Counted from the stretch's first letter, positions 18,776-28,606 are shown. The stretch is DNA of 64,000 nucleotides from an uncultured Oscillospiraceae bacterium (GCA_964460755.1 CAYWQL010000003.1:28809-92808), one strand, 5' to 3'. The notes: generated by a model not told the origin, from the letters alone. Made by a program: numbers and translations.

Positions 18776-19534
18776 TTACCACTTCGATGCTTCGGGAAAG
18801 CAGTGGGTATGTGTGGGAGCGTACACTCGGTAGCCGTCGCACATTCCTTTAAGCTTTTTTAAGCCAAGGCAAACCGCCCGAAGCTTCATATATCCCATTA
18901 CGTCGCAAAGCGATTTGTCGTCGAACTGCGACGCATGGCAAATAAGCGCTTCTTTTTTTATGTGAAAATATTTTTTTATCGGAACGTATATGTTGGGGCG
19001 GTCGGTGTAATAAAACGCCGTCGCCTTCGGTGAAAAGCAGTCGTCGACGCCAAATCCTCTCATTATCGGAAGATACGGGCACATATTCATCGCGTATTTC
19101 GTCGCGTTCCCGGTTTTGATATGGTCGGCGTGAAACTCCGAAATAACGTCGGGGTCGGCTGTAAAAACTACGTCCGGCTTAAATGAAACTATCTTCTTTG
19201 CGAGTTCAACCGCCAAATCTTCAACCGAATAAAGCCCGCCGTCGTGAAAGGGAAGAAAGCTCACGTCCTCTACACCCAAAAGCTTTGCCGAGGCTTTCGC
19301 CTCGTTTTGGCGCACCGTCACAAGCTCGTCGCCAAAAAGCTTTTCGTCAAGCGCCCCCATGCGGCCGTCGGTCGCGATAAGAAAAGCGACCGTCTTGCCC
19401 TCTTCGGTAAGCTTTTTTACCGTCGGAGCGCAGGACAGCTCTATATCGTCGGGATGCGGTCCGATAAACAAAAACCTGTCGAAATTCATAATTTTCGGAA
19501 TTGGAATCACTCTTTTTAAAATAAAATTTATCAT
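18776..19534 (-). CDS. PIG-L/LmbE-family N-acetylglucosaminyl deacetylase
   Basis: The FIGPHPDDIELS motif near the N-terminus, plus HADH. 252 aa. AAGGGGGA SD. Confidence 0.8.
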   Translation of the reverse strand: MINFILKRVIPIPKIMNFDRFLFIGPHPDDIELSCAPTVKKLTEEGKTVAFLIATDGRMGALDEKLFGDELVTVRQNEAKASAKLLGVEDVSFLPFHDGGLYSVEDLAVELAKKIVSFKPDVVFTADPDVISEFHADHIKTGNATKYAMNMCPYLPIMRGFGVDDCFSPKATAFYYTDRPNIYVPIKKYFHIKKEALICHASQFDDKSLCDVMGYMKLRAVCLGLKKLKGMCDGYRVYAPTHTHCFPEASKW

Positions 19535-19685
19535 CTGTTTTTCCCCCTTTCACGCTGTCGTTTTGATATATCCCATTATATTTTATTGCCCCTAAAAAAA
19601 CAACAGCGGCAAACGTAAGAATTGTTTTCACAAAGCGCTTCGGTTGTGATAAAATTAGATTATCAAATCTATTGAGGTTAATTAA

Positions 19686-21239
19686 GTGATTATTCCAAAA
19701 CCGACAAAATGTGAAATTAAGGACTCCCTTCTAACCCTTGAAAGTCCGATAAAGATGTATTCCGAGCAGCTTATGATCGGAGTTCTCGAGCTTTTAAAAA
19801 ACCTCGACAAAAACGCGCGAATAACCGACATAAGAAGCAAAGCGGATATCGTCTTTCTTCCCTCAGCGGGAACGAACGGCGACGAATATCGTATTATCTG
19901 CGACGAAAGCGGCATAACTGTCTTTTCATCGAGTCCCGCCCTCACCGTGAGCGCCCTTTCAACCCTTCGCCAAATCGCGATTGAGACTGAGGGCGCGGTC
20001 AGCTTTCCCGTCTGCGACATCATCGACCGCCCGCGCTTTTCGTGGCGCGGACTCAGCGTTGACGTATGCCGCCACTTTTTCGAAATACCCGAGCTTTACA
20101 AAATCGTCGATATTCTCTGCTTTTATAAGTTCAACCGTCTTCACCTTCATTTGAGCGACGACCAGGGCTTCCGAATCGAAATAAACCGATATCCGAAGCT
20201 TAACGAAATCGGCTCAAACCGCAAAAGCAGCCTGGTTAAAAAGGGCGAAGGCGAGGTTCAGGACGGTGTTCCCTGCGGCGGATTTTATACGAAAAAGGAA
20301 ATCAAGGAGCTTGTCGTCTACGCGCGCAACCGCGGAATCGAAATCGTTCCCGAAATTGATATTCCCGGACACTCCTCGGCGATTACCGCGAGCTATCCCG
20401 AGCTTTGCTGCTGCGGCGAGCCGACCGAGGTCGTGACCGAATACGGCATAAAGGATTTTAGCTCGCGTATTCTCTGCGCGGGCAGCGACGGGGTTTACGA
20501 GTTTATTAAAAGCGTCCTTCTCGAAATTGTCGAGCTCTTTCCGTTTCAGTATATCCACCTTGGCGGCGACGAGGCGGTAAAAAGCGAATGGAAAAAATGT
20601 CCGCGCTGTAGGGCACGAATGAAAACGCTCGGCATAAAAAATACCGAGGGGCTTCAAAGCTATATGTTTAACGTCTTTAGTGATTTTCTAAAATCCATGG
20701 GGCGAAAGGCGGTTTTTTGGAACGACGGGCTCACACGGAGGACCGACCCAGATGCCCTTTGTCAGCTCTGGACGCCCCGTTTTGTGAAATCCATTCGTCC
20801 GACGGTGCGTAGCATTAATCACGGGCGCAAAGCTATAATAAGCTATTTTGACAGTCTTTATTTCGACTATCCGTTTTCTATGACGCCGCTAAAAAAGACT
20901 TATAACACCGTCGTCGTCCCCCGCGGCGTAAAAGCCGAGGCTGTTAGCAGCGTATTAGGCGTCGAAGCGACGATATGGACGGAATGGATAACCGACCGCG
21001 AAAAGCTATGGTACAACCTGCTTCCCCGCCTCGCCGCGATATCCGAAGTTGCTTGGTCGAACGAGGCTGACCGCGACTACAAGGATTTCCTTTCCCGTCT
21101 TCCCGACCACTATGCGTTTTATGAAAAAGAAGGGTATCCCTTCGCCAAGAACAAAGAAAAATCGGGCTTTTTCATCAAAAACTGGCTCACTTCCCTAAAG
21201 TTTATGTTTAAAGACGGCGACATCGAATTAAAACAGTAA
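19686..21239 (+). CDS. beta-N-acetylhexosaminidase (GH20)
   Basis: GTG start. Motifs FNRLHLHLSDDQGFR, EIDIPGHSSA and HLGGDEA. Confidence 0.85.
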   Translation: MIIPKPTKCEIKDSLLTLESPIKMYSEQLMIGVLELLKNLDKNARITDIRSKADIVFLPSAGTNGDEYRIICDESGITVFSSSPALTVSALSTLRQIAIETEGAVSFPVCDIIDRPRFSWRGLSVDVCRHFFEIPELYKIVDILCFYKFNRLHLHLSDDQGFRIEINRYPKLNEIGSNRKSSLVKKGEGEVQDGVPCGGFYTKKEIKELVVYARNRGIEIVPEIDIPGHSSAITASYPELCCCGEPTEVVTEYGIKDFSSRILCAGSDGVYEFIKSVLLEIVELFPFQYIHLGGDEAVKSEWKKCPRCRARMKTLGIKNTEGLQSYMFNVFSDFLKSMGRKAVFWNDGLTRRTDPDALCQLWTPRFVKSIRPTVRSINHGRKAIISYFDSLYFDYPFSMTPLKKTYNTVVVPRGVKAEAVSSVLGVEATIWTEWITDREKLWYNLLPRLAAISEVAWSNEADRDYKDFLSRLPDHYAFYEKEGYPFAKNKEKSGFFIKNWLTSLKFMFKDGDIELKQ

Positions 21240-21327
21240 TATATGTGTTTGTTTAATAAAATAATTGTATTTTCGTTTAAAATTGTGTACTATATAACTA
21301 ACAACAAAATTGATTGCGGAGGAAACT

Positions 21328-23166
21328 ATGTCGAAACAAGTTAGTCAGCCCGACATCGCCGTCGACGCGGCGGAAGCGAAACGCAAAAGGACATTTGAGC
21401 GAAACAAATGGATTTTTTCAACCAGCGGCGTCGGCCGTGATATGTCCTATCAGCTCATCGCGACATTTCTTTTAACCTACATACAGTTCGGTATTTCTCT
21501 TTCTATAGCTCAGTTCACCGCGCTTGGAATTATTATCGGCGTCGGTGGGCGAATATGGGACGCCGCGAACGACCCGCTTATGGGCGCGATAATTGAGGGC
21601 ACTCATCTTAAGAGCGGAAAGTTCCGCCCGTGGATTTTAATCGGCGCCCTGTCGTGCGGTCTTGCAATTATGCTTATGTTCAACGTTCAGAATATCCCCG
21701 GCTGGAACTTTGTCGTATTTATGAGCATAATGTACCTCGTTTGGGAAACGACCTTCACTATGAACGATATCGGCTACTGGTCTATGCTTCCAAGCCTTTC
21801 GAGCAAAACCAAGGAGCGCAACTCGGTCACTATGCTCACGGTGCTCTTTGCGGCGGTCGGCTCGGTGCTTGCACAGGGCGTTATCCCGATGATTACAACG
21901 GGAAATATGCGCGCCGGCTATCGCTTCGTGGGAACCTTCGTTGCCCTCGTGTTTATGATAAGTCAGGTTATAACCTTCTTCGGCGTTAAGGAATCCCCCC
22001 GTTCGGACGCGGAGAAGGACGACAAGGTATCCCTTAAAAAGATGTGGGAAACGATTAAGCAGAACGACCAGATTTTGTGGCTCACGCTTTCTATGCTCTT
22101 CTATAACATAGGAAGTATGCTTCTTATCACCTGCGCGCTCAACGTCGTTTCTCTTGAGCTTGGCTACAACGGCACGCTTTATACCATCGCCGTCGCCGCT
22201 TATGGAATACCGAGCATCTTCGCAAACGCGTTTTATCCTAAGATATCGGAAAAAATCAGCCGCAAGAAAATACAGAAAATCAGCATAGCAATCGCCTGCG
22301 TAGGCTATGGTCTTCTCGCCCTTGCGGGTTGGACAAGTATTCTTCCTATCAATATAGTTCTTTTAAGCATAACGATTTTCCTTATCGCGACAGGTCAGAC
22401 GATTTTCTATCTCGCGTCGATTGTCAATATGACAAACTGCGTCGAATACAACGACTACAAGCTCGGTAAGAGAAACGAAGCGGTCGTCTCCACCCTTCGT
22501 CCGTTTATGGCGAAATTCGCCTCGGCTATGGAATACGTTATCGTCATCGCGCTTCTCACAATTTCCGGCATATACGGCCTTAGTCAATCGATAAGCTCGC
22601 TTGAAGCTCAGCGCGACTTTTTCTCAAGCATCGAAACGGTCGACGCTCAGGTGTATTATATCGAGCAGGTTCAAGCTTACATCGGCGAATTTGACGGACT
22701 AAAAGAGGGCACGGCTGAATATAACAACGCCGTCAAAAAAGTCGACGCTATGATAAACGCCGACGAGGTAATGAACAAATACAAGCTCGACGCGAAGTAT
22801 GTTTCTTCAATCGGAGACTCAATAATAATGATAACCTCAACAGGCGACAACGGCAAGGCAAGCACACCTATTGAAATCGGACGGCTTAAAGATATTTCGC
22901 CGCTTGAAATTTACGCCTCGTCGCAAAGCACCGCGAAATACTCCATGGAGGTCGGCGACGTCGCGAGTGAAAGCGAAAGCGCCGCGAACCTCAACTTCCG
23001 CGACAAAGCCTCGACGGGTATGCGTATCGGTCTTCGCTTCACGGTTACGATTGTCCCCATGGCTATGCTTCTTCTCTCGCTTCTTGTTCAGAACAAGAAA
23101 TTTATAATCGACGAGGATTATTACGAAATGATGCTCGATGAAATTGAAAAGAGAAAAGCAAAATAA
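21328..23166 (+). CDS. GPH-family (MelB/LacS-like) glycoside:cation symporter with a ~146-aa hydrophilic insertion before the last TM
   Basis: ATG 21328 follows GGAGGA. The N-terminal motif GVGRDMSYQLIATFLLTY...GGRIWDAANDPLMG is typical of GPH transporters. The insertion maps to 22583-23020. Confidence 0.75.
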   Translation: MSKQVSQPDIAVDAAEAKRKRTFERNKWIFSTSGVGRDMSYQLIATFLLTYIQFGISLSIAQFTALGIIIGVGGRIWDAANDPLMGAIIEGTHLKSGKFRPWILIGALSCGLAIMLMFNVQNIPGWNFVVFMSIMYLVWETTFTMNDIGYWSMLPSLSSKTKERNSVTMLTVLFAAVGSVLAQGVIPMITTGNMRAGYRFVGTFVALVFMISQVITFFGVKESPRSDAEKDDKVSLKKMWETIKQNDQILWLTLSMLFYNIGSMLLITCALNVVSLELGYNGTLYTIAVAAYGIPSIFANAFYPKISEKISRKKIQKISIAIACVGYGLLALAGWTSILPINIVLLSITIFLIATGQTIFYLASIVNMTNCVEYNDYKLGKRNEAVVSTLRPFMAKFASAMEYVIVIALLTISGIYGLSQSISSLEAQRDFFSSIETVDAQVYYIEQVQAYIGEFDGLKEGTAEYNNAVKKVDAMINADEVMNKYKLDAKYVSSIGDSIIMITSTGDNGKASTPIEIGRLKDISPLEIYASSQSTAKYSMEVGDVASESESAANLNFRDKASTGMRIGLRFTVTIVPMAMLLLSLLVQNKKFIIDEDYYEMMLDEIEKRKAK

Positions 23167-23181
23167 AGCGCATATAAAAAC

Positions 23182-23212
23182 AAAAAGCGAAGGCTCATAG
23201 CCTTCGCTTTTT
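23182..23212. terminator. bidirectional intrinsic terminator
   Basis: AGCGAAGGC-TCATA-GCCTTCGCT hairpin with flanking A and T runs. Confidence 0.85.
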
Positions 23213-23222
23213 CATTGTTCTT

Positions 23223-23987
23223 TTAATTTATTGTAAGCGTTCTTCTTTTTTCTTCGTACCGCGCGACCGTCTTTTCGTCGGGGTCGATACCGACTATTCC
23301 CACTCCGTCATCTGCCGCCGCGTCAAGCACAACAAGCTGGTCGTTTTTAAGTATGCGCACCGCCTCGTTCACACAAATTACGGCGGGAATGCCATAGGTT
23401 CTCGCTATAATCGCCGTGTGCGAGCTTTCGCCGCCTACCTCGGTAATGATGCCCTTAACCTTGCTTCGGTCAAGGGTCGCGGTATCGCTCGGAAGAAGGT
23501 CGTGGGCGACGACGATAACCTCGCTTGTGAAGCAGGACACATTCTTCTCCTTCTCGCCGTAAATAATCCGCAGTATGCGATTTCTTACATCGCGAAGGTC
23601 GTCCACTCTCTCGGAAATAAGGGGGTCTTCAACTTTTTTCATTATCGCGATATATTCACCGAAAACCATATCCACCGCGTAATCGGGCAGGGTTCGGTTA
23701 CCGTAGATTTCGCTTTTTACGCGCTCGAAGATATCCTCGTCATACAGGATTTCCTTGTGGGCTTCAAAAATTTTAGCCTTTTCTTTGTCCTTAGCGCTAA
23801 ATGAAGCCACTACGGCGTCAAGCTCCTGTTCGGCGATTTTCCTCGCATTCTCAAAACGCAGAAGATTTTCCCGCTCAAAGCCCTCTTCAAAATACGCCCT
23901 GTGCACGTCGCAGGAAAACGCCCGATAGACGAACACCCGCCCGACAGCAATCCCCTTTGATACCGTTTTGCCCTTAAGTAGTATCAT
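23223..23987 (-). CDS. stand-alone PTS Enzyme I N-terminal module (HPr-binding plus phospho-His swivel domains), lacking the PEP-binding domain
   Basis: 254 aa, collinear with E. coli EI residues about 1-250. Motifs GIAVGRVFVY, ERVDDLRDVRNRILR, VVAHDLLPSDTA and GGESSHTAIIARTYGIPAV (catalytic His). The ORF stops where the EIC TIM barrel would begin. AAGGAGGG SD. Confidence 0.75.
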   Translation of the reverse strand: MILLKGKTVSKGIAVGRVFVYRAFSCDVHRAYFEEGFERENLLRFENARKIAEQELDAVVASFSAKDKEKAKIFEAHKEILYDEDIFERVKSEIYGNRTLPDYAVDMVFGEYIAIMKKVEDPLISERVDDLRDVRNRILRIIYGEKEKNVSCFTSEVIVVAHDLLPSDTATLDRSKVKGIITEVGGESSHTAIIARTYGIPAVICVNEAVRILKNDQLVVLDAAADDGVGIVGIDPDEKTVARYEEKRRTLTIN

Positions 23988-23997
23988 TTAGCCCTCC

Positions 23998-24915
23998 TTA
24001 GCTCCAAAGCTTTTCGGGGTAAATTCCTTCCTTCGTCATCTGCTCCATAGCCTGCTGAACCTCCGGCTTATCCTCAATATAGGTCACGCCGTGCCACCTG
24101 TCGTCGCTTTTCATAACGAAGACCGAAACCTTTTTATCCGCTATCATTTCGCCGACTGAGCTTGGAATGGGAAGCTCCGCCTTAAGCGGATTGTTCCGCG
24201 CTTCTCTCTCAATAAAAGCATTAAAGCTTTTTTTCAGCTCACCCATAACGAACGGCGTAAAGCCCCAAAAATTCATTGAAGCCGTACAGCTGTCGGAAAG
24301 CCGCTTCGGTTCTTCTCCGTCGACGCAGGAATACGCTCCGCCGTCCTTTTTGACTATCTTTTTCACCTCGACTATATCGGTTAGATACCCGTCCTCGGTT
24401 TCGCAAACCCCGCGGGTTACGTCACCAAAATCGGTAAGGGTGTTGCTTAAAATATAGCCTACCATTGCGAACTCGTTATCCGCCCGCTTATCGGCGTCCT
24501 TCAAGTAAGCGTACATCTGGGTAAACGCGCTTTTTCCGTAGTAATCATCGGAATTTATGACCGCGAAGGGAGCGTCGATATATTCGCCGCAGCAAAGTAG
24601 CGCCTGAACCGTTCCCCAAGGCTTTATGCGTTCACTATGCACCGAAAAGCCCGCCGGCATACAATCGCCAAGCTCCTGATAAACATACTTGGTTTCGACG
24701 ATGGCAGAAATGCGATCTCCGATAATTGCCTTGAAATCCGCCTCGATTTTATGATTAATAATAAATATTATCCTTTTAAATCCAGCCTTAATCGCGTCGT
24801 AGATAGAATAGTCTATTATTATTTCGCCGTTTCTTCCCACAGCGTCTATCTGCTTTAAGCCGCCGTATCTGCTGCCCATTCCCGCAGCCAAAACAACCAA
24901 TATAGGCTCTTTCAT
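23998..24915 (-). CDS. sugar-phosphate nucleotidyltransferase family protein
   Basis: The start was moved to ATG 24915 after GGAGAGA. N-terminal LAAGMGSRYGGLKQ NTP-transferase loop, and a C-terminal DDRWHGVTY motif resembling the WxDxGT motif of sugar-1-P nucleotidyltransferases. Confidence 0.7.
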   Translation of the reverse strand: MKEPILVVLAAGMGSRYGGLKQIDAVGRNGEIIIDYSIYDAIKAGFKRIIFIINHKIEADFKAIIGDRISAIVETKYVYQELGDCMPAGFSVHSERIKPWGTVQALLCCGEYIDAPFAVINSDDYYGKSAFTQMYAYLKDADKRADNEFAMVGYILSNTLTDFGDVTRGVCETEDGYLTDIVEVKKIVKKDGGAYSCVDGEEPKRLSDSCTASMNFWGFTPFVMGELKKSFNAFIEREARNNPLKAELPIPSSVGEMIADKKVSVFVMKSDDRWHGVTYIEDKPEVQQAMEQMTKEGIYPEKLWS

Positions 24916-25040
24916 ACACTCTCTCCATTTTCCAAAATTTCTGTTATTCTTATTGTACTTTTTTTTAAGCTCATTTTCAACCCTTATCGAGCTTTTGTCG
25001 AGCGCATAAAAAACGACGCAGCTCATTCTGCGTCGTTTTA

Positions 25041-25868
25041 TTATTCATATAAATTGATGTCCTTTTCGACAAATCCGCCATTCTCGTATATTGCGACCGA
25101 GCGAAATCCGACCGCCTTCATTTCTGAAATCGCACGACTCATTCCGAAGGAAATCGATTCGACCGCGTGACTGTCGGTGTCTATGCAAACATGAGCGCCG
25201 AGCTCGCACAGATATTCAAGCAAAAAACGCTTGGGATAAAAGAAATCGCGATAGCTCTTGTACACACCGCCCGTATTGATTTCAAAAACGCCGCCGACCC
25301 TCGCACATTCCGCCGCCGCCGCGCGCGCGAGGTCCATATATCTTTTTGAACTCTCGTCGAAATATCGGTTGTCGGCGTTAAGCTTTAGGATTATGTCAAA
25401 ATGTCCGAAGATATCGGGTTTATTCTTAATCGCGTTATCGACGGTACATTCATAAAAATCCCGCGCCATAGCTACTCCGTCGCCGTCGTAGTATCTGTTT
25501 ATCGCGTCGTCGATAATCTCTTGGTTGTTGTCGATACAAAAGCCCATTTCGGGTCCTTTGACCGGTATATTGTGAACAGAACCGACGATGAAATCGAGAT
25601 TATCACGACTCTTGGTCGGATACAAATAGTCGCTTTCTATTCCGCAATAAATACGAAGACGCCCCTCGTATTCTTTTTTTAGCTCGTTAATCGCGGCGAT
25701 ATAGCCCGGCTCGTCCTGAAGCGATTTCGGAAAGGTCGGGTCGTTTGAGTGCCCCGAAAAACCAAAATCCGAAAGCCCTGCCGCTATCGCTGCGTCAGCC
25801 ATTTCACGGGGGGTATTAGCCCCGTCGCAAAGGGTGGTGTGGTTGTGCATAGAAGAACTTGGTTTCAT
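25041..25868 (-). CDS. hisK: histidinol-phosphatase, PHP (HisJ/HisK) family
   Basis: The PHP motifs MHNHTTLCDG and GFSGHS, plus its position as the last gene of the his operon. Confidence 0.8.
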   Translation of the reverse strand: MKPSSSMHNHTTLCDGANTPREMADAAIAAGLSDFGFSGHSNDPTFPKSLQDEPGYIAAINELKKEYEGRLRIYCGIESDYLYPTKSRDNLDFIVGSVHNIPVKGPEMGFCIDNNQEIIDDAINRYYDGDGVAMARDFYECTVDNAIKNKPDIFGHFDIILKLNADNRYFDESSKRYMDLARAAAAECARVGGVFEINTGGVYKSYRDFFYPKRFLLEYLCELGAHVCIDTDSHAVESISFGMSRAISEMKAVGFRSVAIYENGGFVEKDINLYE

Positions 25869-26512
25869 TATTTCATCGTCTCCTGCTTAACCTTGTGGTC
25901 AATAACGTGGCGCGATGCAAGCTCGTTTCTTATGTCATCGACCGAAATACCCATTTCCACCATAAGCACCAAAACGTGATAGCATAGGTCGCTTATCTCA
26001 TAAATCGTTTCTTCCTTTGACTGCTTCATTGCGCCGATTATGACCTCTGTGCATTCCTCGCCGACCTTCTTTAAAATCTTGTCCTTTCCCTTTTCGAAAA
26101 GGTAGGTCGTATAGCTTCCCTCAGGACGAAGCTTGTTGCGTTCAACGAGAAGCTCATAAAGACTTTCAAGCGCGAAGCGGCCGACTGTCTCGTCGCAAAG
26201 AAGGACGTTCGTAAAGCAGGAATTTGTTCCAAGGTGACAGGCTGGTCCGTCCTTTATAACTTTTACAACGAGCGCGTCGAAATCGCAGTCGGCTGTTATC
26301 GAAACGATATGCTGAAAATTGCCGCTCGTTTCGCCCTTTCGCCAAAGCTCCTTTCGGCTTCTTGACCAAAAGCAGGTGCGCTTTTCATCGATTGATATTT
26401 TAAGACTTTCCTCGTTCATATAAGCGACTGTCAGCACCTCGCCCGTATGAAAATCCTGCACCACCGCGGGGATAAGCCCGTTTTCGTCGTATTTAAGTTT
26501 CTGTAAATCCAT
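25868..26512 (-). CDS. hisIE: bifunctional phosphoribosyl-AMP cyclohydrolase / phosphoribosyl-ATP pyrophosphatase
   Basis: GLIPAVVQD...WSRSR..LW.KGETSG (the HisI part) plus a C-terminal HisE helix bundle. The start is taken at ATG 26512, just after the hisF stop. Confidence 0.9.
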   Translation of the reverse strand: MDLQKLKYDENGLIPAVVQDFHTGEVLTVAYMNEESLKISIDEKRTCFWSRSRKELWRKGETSGNFQHIVSITADCDFDALVVKVIKDGPACHLGTNSCFTNVLLCDETVGRFALESLYELLVERNKLRPEGSYTTYLFEKGKDKILKKVGEECTEVIIGAMKQSKEETIYEISDLCYHVLVLMVEMGISVDDIRNELASRHVIDHKVKQETMK

Positions 26513-26514
26513 CG

Positions 26515-27279
26515 CTAACCTCTCAATGTTCTGACGCATACGCCGTTATTTTTTAAGTATATCTTTAAATCGTTTATCGCAAGCTGCTTGTAATGAAATA
26601 TGCTCGCCGCAAGTCCCGCATCGGCGCTTGTTCTATCAAACAGCTCAAGAAAATCTTCTTTCTTACCCGCGCCGCCCGAAGCGACGACTGGTATTTTAAC
26701 CGCCCCCGTCACGGCGTTAAGCATTTCAATATCAAAGCCGTTTTTAACCCCGTCGGTATCTATACTGTTGAGGACGATTTCGCCCGCTCCGTTCGCCTCG
26801 CCACGCTTTGCCCATTCGGTCGCGTCAATACCAGTGTTTTCGCGCCCGCCTTTTACGAAAACGAGAAATCTTCCGTCAACCCTTGAAACGTCCATTGAAA
26901 GCACGACGCACTGGTCGCCATACTTCTTGGCGGCGTCGGAAATAAGGCTCGGGTTTCTTACGGCGCCAGAATTTACGCTCACCTTGTCCGCGCCCGACTT
27001 GAGCACAATATCGAAATCATCAACCGAGTTTATGTTTCCGCCTACCGTGAGCGGAATAAATATCTCACTTGCGACCCGCCTTAGCACGTCGGTAAATATC
27101 GGTCGCTTTTCAAAGCTCGCCGTTATATCGTAAAACACAAGCTCGTCGACCCCCTGCTCATTATAGAACTTTGCAAGCTCGACGGGGTCGTTAACGTCCT
27201 CAACCCCTTTAAAGTTTGTGCCCTTTACAACACGCCCATCGCGAACGTCAAGACAGGCGATAATTCTCTTTGTCAGCAT
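26515..27279 (-). CDS. hisF: imidazole glycerol phosphate synthase cyclase subunit
   Basis: Motifs [16 protein letters not shown] and [11 protein letters not shown]. Confidence 0.95.
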   Translation of the reverse strand: MLTKRIIACLDVRDGRVVKGTNFKGVEDVNDPVELAKFYNEQGVDELVFYDITASFEKRPIFTDVLRRVASEIFIPLTVGGNINSVDDFDIVLKSGADKVSVNSGAVRNPSLISDAAKKYGDQCVVLSMDVSRVDGRFLVFVKGGRENTGIDATEWAKRGEANGAGEIVLNSIDTDGVKNGFDIEMLNAVTGAVKIPVVASGGAGKKEDFLELFDRTSADAGLAASIFHYKQLAINDLKIYLKNNGVCVRTLRG

Positions 27280-27983
27280 ATATCAAGTACCTCTTTCAAA
27301 TCGAGCGCCCCCGTATAAATCGCCTTTCCGACTATCGCGCCGTCGCAGCCCATTTCCTTGAGCTTCAAAATCTCCGAAAGGGAGCATATGCCGCCCGACG
27401 CGACTATATCAATACCCTTTATTTCGCATAGCCTGCGAAAGGCTTGAAGGTTTGTGCCCTTCATAGCGCCGTCGGTCGCAATATCGGTGTATATAACAGT
27501 TTTTACGCCAAGGTCTCGCGCCCTTTCACAAAACTCGAAGCTGTTGACTCCCGTTTTGTTTATCCAGCCGTCAGTTGCGACGAAGCCGTCCTTTGCGTCG
27601 ACGCCAAGCACTATTTTGTCGCCAAATTCATCGACAGCGCGTTTTAAAAAGCTCAAATCCTTAACCGCCGCCGTGCCGAGTATAACCCGCTTCACACCGA
27701 GCGACAAAACCTTTTCTATGCGCTCCTCATCGCGGATGCCGCCGCCGACCTCGACAAAAAGAGGCGCGGCTTCAACTATTCTTTTTATGGTGTCAAAATT
27801 AGCAAGCGTTCCCTGCTTCGCACCGTCCAAATCGACGACGTGAAGAAACCGCGCGCCGCTTTCATAAAACCCCTTCGCGACAGCCGCAGGCTCGTCGTTA
27901 AATATGTCGACTCTTTTGTAGTCGCCTTGTGTCAGCCTTACGGCCTTGCCTGCGATAAGGTCGATTGCGGGAAAAATCTTCAT
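27273..27983 (-). CDS. hisA: ProFAR isomerase
   Basis: Motifs MKIFPAIDLIAGKAVRL and HVVDLDGA. Confidence 0.95.
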   Translation of the reverse strand: MKIFPAIDLIAGKAVRLTQGDYKRVDIFNDEPAAVAKGFYESGARFLHVVDLDGAKQGTLANFDTIKRIVEAAPLFVEVGGGIRDEERIEKVLSLGVKRVILGTAAVKDLSFLKRAVDEFGDKIVLGVDAKDGFVATDGWINKTGVNSFEFCERARDLGVKTVIYTDIATDGAMKGTNLQAFRRLCEIKGIDIVASGGICSLSEILKLKEMGCDGAIVGKAIYTGALDLKEVLDIC

Positions 27984-28606
27984 ACCGTTATCTCCGAAAA
28001 CGCTTTTAATATTCTTAGTCCCACCTCGCCGCTTTTTTCCGGGTGAAACTGAGTGCCGAATACGTTGCCGTTCGCAACCGCGCCCGCAACGTTGACCCCA
28101 TAGCCGCTCATTGCGACCAGAGCCTCGGCGTTCGTCCTTACATAGAAGGAATGGACGTAATAAACAAAGTCGCCATCCTTCGAGTACTTCATAAGCGGGT
28201 TGTCTTTTTTTAAAATGTGAAGCTCATTCCAACCCATATGCGGAACCTTAAGAGAAAGCCTTTTCACTTCCTTTTCGTCGGAAAGGGAAACGACGTCGCC
28301 CTTAATATACGAAAGCCCCTCGTGTTCGCCGTACTCATAGCTTTTTTCAAAAAGAAGCTGCATTCCAAGACATATCCCCAAAAGCGGCTTACCCTTCTTT
28401 ACCTGCTCGTCGAGCACGGGAACAAGCCGAGTTGCGCGAAGCTTGTCCGCCGCGTCTGCGAACGCCCCGACACCGGGAAGAATAATCCTGTCAGCTCTTT
28501 CGAGGTCTTCTTTTTTATTTGTTATTCTGTTTTCAATGCCAAGCGCATTGAGCGACGACGAAAGGCTGAAAAGGTTGCCCACGCCGTAATCAATTATCGA
28601 AACCAT
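27980..28606 (-). CDS. hisH: imidazole glycerol phosphate synthase glutaminase subunit
   Basis: Motifs IIDYGVGNLFS, GICLGMQLL and QFHPEKS. Confidence 0.95.
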   Translation of the reverse strand: MVSIIDYGVGNLFSLSSSLNALGIENRITNKKEDLERADRIILPGVGAFADAADKLRATRLVPVLDEQVKKGKPLLGICLGMQLLFEKSYEYGEHEGLSYIKGDVVSLSDEKEVKRLSLKVPHMGWNELHILKKDNPLMKYSKDGDFVYYVHSFYVRTNAEALVAMSGYGVNVAGAVANGNVFGTQFHPEKSGEVGLRILKAFSEITV

